Source: Botryllus schlosseri (lineage: Eukaryota). From it: 64,000 bases of DNA. Position 1 is the first letter of the stretch. Each line of letters begins with the position of its first letter. Positions 53,001-62,000 of this stretch are shown here, piece after piece. Where the stretch lies: the NCBI GenBank assembly GCA_051294905.1, contig CM119372.1:10976001-11040000 (forward strand), written 5' to 3'. The notes beneath the pieces were generated by a model. The model was given only the letters and a program-made list of their open reading frames with translations, did not search any database and was not told where the DNA came from. The position numbers and the translations under genes were made by a program.

Positions 53001-56000
53001 GACCGCCAGAATGATCACCGTCCACGTTGACGGCGAGTCCCATTGGGCCCATGCCGAATTGGAATCCGTTGTTTGCGTTGGCGTGAGCAATAGCGTCACC
53101 GCTTCCGTAGTGAGGTCCTCCGGCTGCGATCGCTTTAGCAGCGGCGTTGTTTGCGAAGTTAAGGTTAATTCCGCCCATACCCATGCTTGCGAAGAGGTCG
53201 CCGTATTGTCCTTTGCCTCCTTCGGTGGTGACATCAACTGCAAGATCGCTGTTGACGTGTGCGTCAGCGATAGCGAGAGTGTTGTCTGCTACATCGACAT
53301 CGACGCCGTGACCGCCAGAATGATCACCGTCCACGTTGACGGCGAGTCCCATTGGGCCCATGCCGAATTGGAATCCGTTGTTTGCGTTGGCGTGAGCAAT
53401 AGCGTCACCGCTTCCGTAGTGAGGTCCTCCGGCCGCCATCGCTTTAGCAGCGGCGTTGTTTGCGAAGTTAAGGTTAATTCCGCCCATACCCATGCTTGCG
53501 AAGAGATCGCCGTATTGTCCTTTGCCACCTTCGGTGGTGACATCAACTATAAGATCGCTGTTGACGTGTGCGTCAGCGATAGCGAGAGTGTTGTCTGCTA
53601 CATCGACATCGACGCCGTGACCGCCAGAATGATCACCGTCCACGTTGACGGCGAGTCCCATTGGGCCCATGCCGAATTGGAATCCGTTGTTTGCGTTGGC
53701 GTGAGCAATAGCGTCACCGCTTCCGTAGTGAGGTCCTCCGGCTGCGATCGCTTTAGCAGCGGCGTTGTTTGCGAAGTTAAGGTTAATTCCGCCCATACCC
53801 ATGCTTGCGAAGAGGTCGCCGTATTGTCCTTTGCCTCCTTCGGTGGTGACATCAACTGCAAGATCGCTGTTGACGTGTGCGTCAGCGATAGCGAGAGTGT
53901 TGTCTGCTACATCGACATCGACGCCGTGACCGCCAGAATGATCACCGTCCACGTTGACGGCGAGTCCCATTGGGCCCATGCCGAATTGGAATCCGTTGTT
54001 TGCGTTGGCGTGAGCAATAGCGTCACCGCTTCCGTAGTGAGGTCCTCCGGCTGCGATCGCTTTAGCAGCGGCGTTGTTTGCGAAGTTAAGGTTAATTCCG
54101 CCCATACCCATGCTTGCGAAGAGGTCGCCGTATTTTCCTTTGCCTCCTTCGGTGGTGACATCAACTGCAAGATCGCTGTTGACGTGTGCGTCAGCGATAG
54201 CGAGAGTGTTGTCTGCTACATCGACATCGACGCCGTGACCGCCAGAATGATCACCGTCCACGTTGACGGCGAGTCCCATTGGGCCCATGCCGAATTGGAA
54301 TCCGTTGTTTGCGTTGGCGTGAGCAATAGCGTCACCGCTTCCGTAGTGAGGTCCTCCGGCTGCGATCGCTTTAGCAGCGGCGTTGTTTGCGAAGTTAAGG
54401 TTAATTCCGCCCATACCCATGCTTGCGAAGAGGTCGCCGTATTGTCCTTTGCCTCCTTCGGTGGTGACATCAACTGCAAGATCGCTGTTGACGTGTGCGT
54501 CAGCGATAGCGAGAGTGTTGTCTGCTACATCGACATCGACGCCGTGACCGCCAGAATGATCACCGTCCACGTTGACGGCGAGTCCCATTGGGCCCATGCC
54601 GAATTGGAATCCGTTGTTTGCGTTGGCGTGAGCAATAGCGTCACCGCTTCCGTAGTGAGGTCCTCCGGCTGCGATCGCTTTAGCAGCGGCGTTGTTTGCG
54701 AAGTTAAGGTTAATTCCGCCCATACCCATGCTTGCAAAGAGGTCGCCGTATTGTCCTTTGCCTCCTTCGGTGGTGACATCAACTGCAAGATCGCTGTTGA
54801 CGTGTGCGTCAGCGATAGCGAGAGTGTTGTCTGCTACATCGACATCGACGCCGTGACCGCCAGAATGATCACCGTCCACGTTGACGGCGAGTCCCATTGG
54901 GCCCATGCCGAATTGGAATCCGTTGTTTGCGTTGGCGTGAGCAATAGCGTCACCGCTTCCGTAGTGAGGTCCTCCGGCTGCGATCGCTTTAGCAGCGGCG
55001 TTGTTTGCGAAGTTAAGGTTAATTCCGCCCATACCCATGCTTGCGAAGAGGTCGCCGTATTGTCCTTTGCCTCCTTCGGTGGTGACATCAACTGCAAGAT
55101 CGCTGTTGACGTGTGCGTCAGCGATAGCGAGAGTGTTGTCTGCTACATCGACATCGACGCCGTGACCGCCAGAATGATCACCGTCCACGTTGACGGCGAG
55201 TCCCATTGGGCCCATGCCGAATTGGAATCCGTTGTTTGCGTTGGCGTGAGCAATAGCGTCACCGCTTCCGTAGTGAGGTCCTCCGGCTGCAATCGCTTTA
55301 GCAGCGGCGTTGTTTGCGAAGTTAAGGTTAATTCCGCCCATACCCATGCTTGCGAAGAGGTCGCCGTATTGTCCTTTGCCTCCTTCGGTGGTGACATCAA
55401 CTGCAAGATCGCTGTTGACGTGTGCGTCAGCGATAGCGAGAGTGTTGTCTGCTACATCGACATCGACGCCGTGACCGCCAGAATGATCACCGTCCACGTT
55501 GACGGCGAGTCCCATTGGGCCCATGCCGAATTGGAATCCGTTGTTTGCGTTGGCGTGAGCAATAGCGTCACCGCTTCCGTAGTGAGGTCCTCCGGCTGCG
55601 ATCGCTTTAGCAGCGGCGTTGTTTGCGAAGTTAAGGTTAATTCCGCCCATACCCATGCTTGCGAAGAGGTCGCCGTATTGTCCTTTGCCTCCTTCGGTGG
55701 TGACATCAACTGCAAGATCGCTGTTGACGTGTGCGTCAGCGATAGCGAGAGTGTTGTCTGCTACATCGACATCGACGCCGTGACCGCCAGAATGATCACC
55801 GTCCACGTTGACGGCGAGTCCCATTGGGCCCATGCCGAATTGGAATCCGTTGTTTGCGTTGGCGTGAGCAATAGCGTCACCGCTTCCGTAGTGAGGTCCT
55901 CCGGCTGCGATCGCTTTAGCAGCGGCGTTGTTTGCGAAGTTAAGGTTAATTCCGCCCATACCCATGCTTGCGAAGAGGTCGCCGTATTGTCCTTTGCCTC

Positions 56001-59000
56001 CTTCGGTGGTGACATCAACTGCAAGATCGCTGTTGACGTGTGCGTCAGCGATAGCGAGAGTGTTGTCTGCTACATCGACATCGACGCCGTGACCGCCAGA
56101 ATGATCACCGTCCACGTTGACGGCGAGTCCCATTGGGCCCATGCCGAATTGGAATCCGTTGTTTGCGTTGGCGTGAGCAATAGCGTCACCGCTTCCGTAG
56201 TGAGGTCCTCCGGCTGCGATCGCTTTAGCAGCGGCGTTGTTTGCGAAGTTAAGGTTAATTCCGCCCATACCCATGCTTGCAAAGAGGTCGCCGTATTGTC
56301 CTTTGCCTCCTTCGGTGGTGACATCAACTGCAAGATCGCTGTTGACGTGTGCGTCAGCGATAGCGAGAGTGTTGTCTGCTACATCGACATCGACGCCGTG
56401 ACCGCCAGAATGATCACCGTCCACGTTGACGGCGAGTCCCATTGGGCCCATGCCGAATTGGAATCCGTTGTTTGCGTTGGCGTGAGCAATAGCGTCACCG
56501 CTTCCGTAGTGAGGTCCTCCGGCTGCGATCGCTTTAGCAGCGGCGTTGTTTGCGAAGTTAAGGTTAATTCCGCCCATACCCATGCTTGCGAAGAGGTCGC
56601 CGTATTGTCCTTTGCCTCCTTCGGTGGTGACATCAACTGCAAGATCGCTGTTGACGTGTGCGTCAGCGATAGCGAGAGTGTTGTCTGCTACATCGACATC
56701 GACGCCGTGACCGCCAGAATGATCACCGTCCACGTTGACGGCGAGTCCCATTGGGCCCATGCCGAATTGGAATCCGTTGTTTGCGTTGGCGTGAGCAATA
56801 GCGTCACCGCTTCCGTAGTGAGGTCCTCCGGCTGCAATCGCTTTAGCAGCGGCGTTGTTTGCGAAGTTAAGGTTAATTCCGCCCATACCCATGCTTGCGA
56901 AGAGGTCGCCGTATTGTCCTTTGCCTCCTTCGGTGGTGACATCAACTGCAAGATCGCTGTTGACGTGTGCGTCAGCGATAGCGAGAGTGTTGTCTGCTAC
57001 ATCGACATCGACGCCGTGACCGCCAGAATGATCACCGTCCACGTTGACGGCGAGTCCCATTGGGCCCATGCCGAATTGGAATCCGTTGTTTGCGTTGGCG
57101 TGAGCAATAGCGTCACCGCTTCCGTAGTGAGGTCCTCCGGCTGCCATCGCTTTAGCAGCGGCGTTGTTTGCGAAGTTAAGGTTAATTCCGCCCATACCCA
57201 TACTTGCGAAGAGGTCGCCGTATTGTCCTTTGCCTCCTTCGGTGGTGACATCAACTGCAAGATCGCTGTTGACGTGTGCGTCAGCGATAGCGAGAGTGTT
57301 GTCTGCTACATCGACATCGACGCCGTGACCGCCAGAATGATCACCGTCCACGTTGACGGCGAGTCCCATTGGGCCCATGCCGAATTGGAATCCGTTGTTT
57401 GCGTTGGCGTGAGCAATAGCGTCACCGCTTCCGTAGTGAGGTCCTCCGGCTGCGATCGCTTTAGCAGCGGCGTTGTTTGCGAAGTTAAGGTTAATTCCGC
57501 CCATACCCATGCTTGCGAAGAGGTCGCCGTATTGTCCTTTGCCCCCTTCGGTGGTGACATCAACTGCAAGATCGCTGTTGACGTGTGCGTCAGCGATAGC
57601 GAGAGTGTTGTCTGCTACATCGACATCGACGCCGTGACCGCCAGAATGATCACCGTCCACGTTGACGGCGAGTCCCATTGGGCCCATGCCGAATTGGAAT
57701 CCGTTGTTTGCGTTGGCGTGAGCAATAGCGTCACCGCTTCCGTAGTGAGGTCCTCCGGCTGCGATCGCTTTAGCAGCGGCGTTGTTTGCGAAGTTAAGGT
57801 TAATTCCGCCCATACCCATGCTTGCGAAGAGGTCGCCGTATTGTCCTTTGCCTCCTTCGGTGGTGACATCAACTGCAAGATCGCTGTTGACGTGTGCGTC
57901 AGCGATAGCGAGAGTGTTGTCTGCTACATCGACATCGACGCCGTGACCGCCAGAATGATCACCGTCCACGTTGACGGCGAGTCCCATTGGGCCCATGCCG
58001 AATTGGAATCCGTTGTTTGCGTTGGCGTGAGCAATAGCGTCACCGCTTCCGTAGTGAGGTCCTCCGGCTGCGATCGCTTTAGCAGCGGCGTTGTTTGCGA
58101 AGTTAAGGTTAATTCCGCCCATACCCATGCTTGCGAAGAGGTCGCCGTATTGTCCTTTGCCTCCTTCGGTGGTGACATCAACTGCAAGATCGCTGTTGAC
58201 GTGTGCGTCAGCGATAGCGAGAGTGTTGTCTTCTACATCGACATCAACGCCGTGACCGCCAGAATGATCACCGTCCACGTTGACGGCGAGTCCCATTGGG
58301 CCCATGCCGAATTGGAATCCGTTGTTTGCGTTGGCGTGAGCAATAGCGTCACCGCTTCCGTAGTGAGGTCCTCCGGCCGCCATCGCTTTAGCAGCGGCGT
58401 TGTTTGCGAAGTTAAGGTTAATTTCGCCCATACCCATGCTTGCGAAGAGGTCGCCGTATTGTCCTTTGCCTCCTTCGGTGGTGACATCAACTGCAAGATC
58501 GCTGTTGACGTGTGCGTCAGCGATAGCGAGAGTGTTGTCTGCTACATCGACATCGACGCCGTGACCGCCAGAATGATCACCGTCCACGTTGACGGCGAGT
58601 CCCATTGGGCCCATGCCGAATTGGAATCCGTTGTTTGCGTTGGCGTGAGCAATAGCGTCACCGCTTCCGTAGTGAGGTCCTCCGGCTGCCATCGCTTTAG
58701 CAGCGGCGTTGTTTGCGAAGTTAAGGTTAATTCCGCCCATACCCATGCTTGCGAAGAGGTCGCCGTATTGTCCTTTGCCTCCTTCGGTGGTGACATCAAC
58801 TGCAAGATCGCTGTTGACGTGTGCGTCAGCGATAGCGAGAGTGTTGTCTGCTACATCGACATCGACGCCGTGACCGCCAGAATGATCACCGTCCACGTTG
58901 ACGGCGAGTCCCATTGGGCCCATGCCGAATTGGAATCCGTTGTTTGCGTTGGCGTGAGCAATAGCGTCACCGCTTCCATAGTGAGGTCCTCCGGCAGCGA

Positions 59001-62000
59001 TCGCTTTAGCAGCGGCGTTGTTTGCGAAGTTAAGGTTAATTCCGCCCATACCCATGCTTGCGAAGAGGTCGCCGTATTGTCCTTTGCCTCCTTCGGTGGT
59101 GACATCAACTGCAAGATCGCTGTTGACGTGTGCGTCAGCGATAGCGAGAGTGTTGTCTGCTACATCGACATCGACGCCGTGACCGCCAGAATGATCACCG
59201 TCCACGTTGACGGCGAGTCCCATTGGGCCCATGCCGAATTGGAATCCGTTGTTTGCGTTGGCGTGAGCAATAGCGTCACCGCTTCCGTAGTGAGGTCCTC
59301 CGGCTGCGATCGCTTTAGCAGCGGCGTTGTTTGCGAAGTTAAGGTTAATTCCGCCCATACCCATGCTTGCGAAGAGGTCGCCGTATTGTCCTTTGCCTCC
59401 TTCGGTGGTGACATCAACTGCAAGATCGCTGTTGACGTGTGCGTCAGCGATAGCGAGAGTGTTGTCTGCTACATCGACATCGACGCCGTGACCGCCAGAA
59501 TGATCACCGTCCACGTTGACGGCGAGTCCCATTGGGCCCATGCCGAATTGGAATCCGTTGTTTGCGTTGGCGTGAGCAATAGCGTCACCGCTTCCGTAGT
59601 GAGGTCCTCCGGCTGCAATCGCTTTAGCAGCGGCGTTGTTTGCGAAGTTAAGGTTAATTCCGCCCATACCCATGCTTGCGAAGAGGTCGCCGTATTGTCC
59701 TTTGCCTCCTTCGGTGGTGACATCAACTGCAAGATCGCTGTTGACGTGTGCGTCAGCGATAGCGAGAGTGTTGTCTGCTACATCGACATCGACGCCGTGA
59801 CCGCCAGAATGATCACCGTCCACGTTGACGGCGAGTCCCATTGGGCCCATGCCGAATTGGAATCCGTTGTTTGCGTTGGCGTGAGCAATAGCGTCACCGC
59901 TTCCGTAGTGAGGTCCTCCGGCTGCCATCGCTTTAGCAGCGGCGTTGTTTGCGAAGTTAAGGTTAATTCCGCCCATACCCATACTTGCGAAGAGGTCGCC
60001 GTATTGTCCTTTGCCTCCTTCGGTGGTGACATCAACTGCAAGATCGCTGTTGACGTGTGCGTCAGCGATAGCGAGAGTGTTGTCTGCTACATCGACATCG
60101 ACGCCGTGACCGCCAGAATGATCACCGTCCACGTTGACGGCGAGTCCCATTGGGCCCATGCCGAATTGGAATCCGTTGTTTGCGTTGGCGTGAGCAATAG
60201 CGTCACCGCTTCCGTAGTGAGGTCCTCCGGCTGCGATCGCTTTAGCAGCGGCGTTGTTTGCGAAGTTAAGGTTAATTCCGCCCATACCCATGCTTGCGAA
60301 GAGGTCGCCGTATTGTCCTTTGCCTCCTTCGGTGGTGACATCAACTGCAAGATCGCTGTTGACGTGTGCGTCAGCGATAGCGAGAGTGTTGTCTGCTACA
60401 TCGACATCGACGCCGTGACCGCCAGAATGATCACCGTCCACGTTGACGGCGAGTCCCATTGGGCCCATGCCGAATTGGAATCCGTTGTTTGCGTTGGCGT
60501 GAGCAATAGCGTCACCGCTTCCGTAGTGAGGTCCTCCGGCTGCGATCGCTTTAGCAGCGGCGTTGTTTGCGAAGTTAAGGTTAATTCCGCCCATACCCAT
60601 GCTTGCGAAGAGGTCGCCGTATTGTCCTTTGCCTCCTTCGGTGGTGACATCAACTGCAAGATCGCTGTTGACGTGTGCGTCAGCGATAGCGAGAGTGTTG
60701 TCTGCTACATCGACATCGACGCCGTGACCGCCAGAATGATCACCGTCCACGTTGACGGCGAGTCCCATTGGGCCCATGCCGAATTGGAATCCGTTGTTTG
60801 CGTTGGCGTGAGCAATAGCGTCACCGCTTCCGTAGTGAGGTCCTCCGGCTGCGATCGCTTTAGCAGCGGCGTTGTTTGCGAAGTTAAGGTTAATTCCGCC
60901 CATACCCATGCTTGCGAAGAGGTCGCCGTATTGTCCTTTGCCTCCTTCGGTGGTGACATCAACTGCAAGATCGCTGTTGACGTGTGCGTCAGCGATAGCG
61001 AGAGTGTTGTCTTCTACATCGACATCAACGCCGTGACCGCCAGAATGATCACCGTCCACGTTGACGGCGAGTCCCATTGGGCCCATGCCGAATTGGAATC
61101 CGTTGTTTGCGTTGGCGTGAGCAATAGCGTCACCGCTTCCGTAGTGAGGTCCTCCGGCCGCCATCGCTTTAGCAGCGGCGTTGTTTGCGAAGTTAAGGTT
61201 AATTTCGCCCATACCCATGCTTGCGAAGAGGTCGCCGTATTGTCCTTTGCCTCCTTCGGTGGTGACATCAACTGCAAGATCGCTGTTGACGTGTGCGTCA
61301 GCGATAGCGAGAGTGTTGTCTGCTACATCGACATCGACGCCGTGACCGCCAGAATGATCACCGTCCACGTTGACGGCGAGTCCCATTGGGCCCATGCCGA
61401 ATTGGAATCCGTTGTTTGCGTTGGCGTGAGCAATAGCGTCACCGCTTCCGTAGTGAGGTCCTCCGGCTGCCATCGCTTTAGCAGCGGCGTTGTTTGCGAA
61501 GTTAAGGTTAATTCCGCCCATACCCATGCTTGCGAAGAGGTCGCCGTATTGTCCTTTGCCTCCTTCGGTGGTGACATCAACTGCAAGATCGCTGTTGACG
61601 TGTGCGTCAGCGATAGCGAGAGTGTTGTCTGCTACATCGACATCGACGCCGTGACCGCCAGAATGATCACCGTCCACGTTGACGGCGAGTCCCATTGGGC
61701 CCATGCCGAATTGGAATCCGTTGTTTGCGTTGGCGTGAGCAATAGCGTCACCGCTTCCATAGTGAGGTCCTCCGGCAGCGATCGCTTTAGCAGCGGCGTT
61801 GTTTGCGAAGTTAAGGTTAATTCCGCCCATACCCATGCTTGCGAAGAGGTCGCCGTATTGTCCTTTGCCTCCTTCGGTGGTGACATCAACTGCAAGATCG
61901 CTGTTGACGTGTGCGTCAGCGATAGCGAGAGTGTTGTCTGCTACATCGACATCGACGCCGTGACCGCCAGAATGATCACCGTCCACGTTGACGGCGAGTC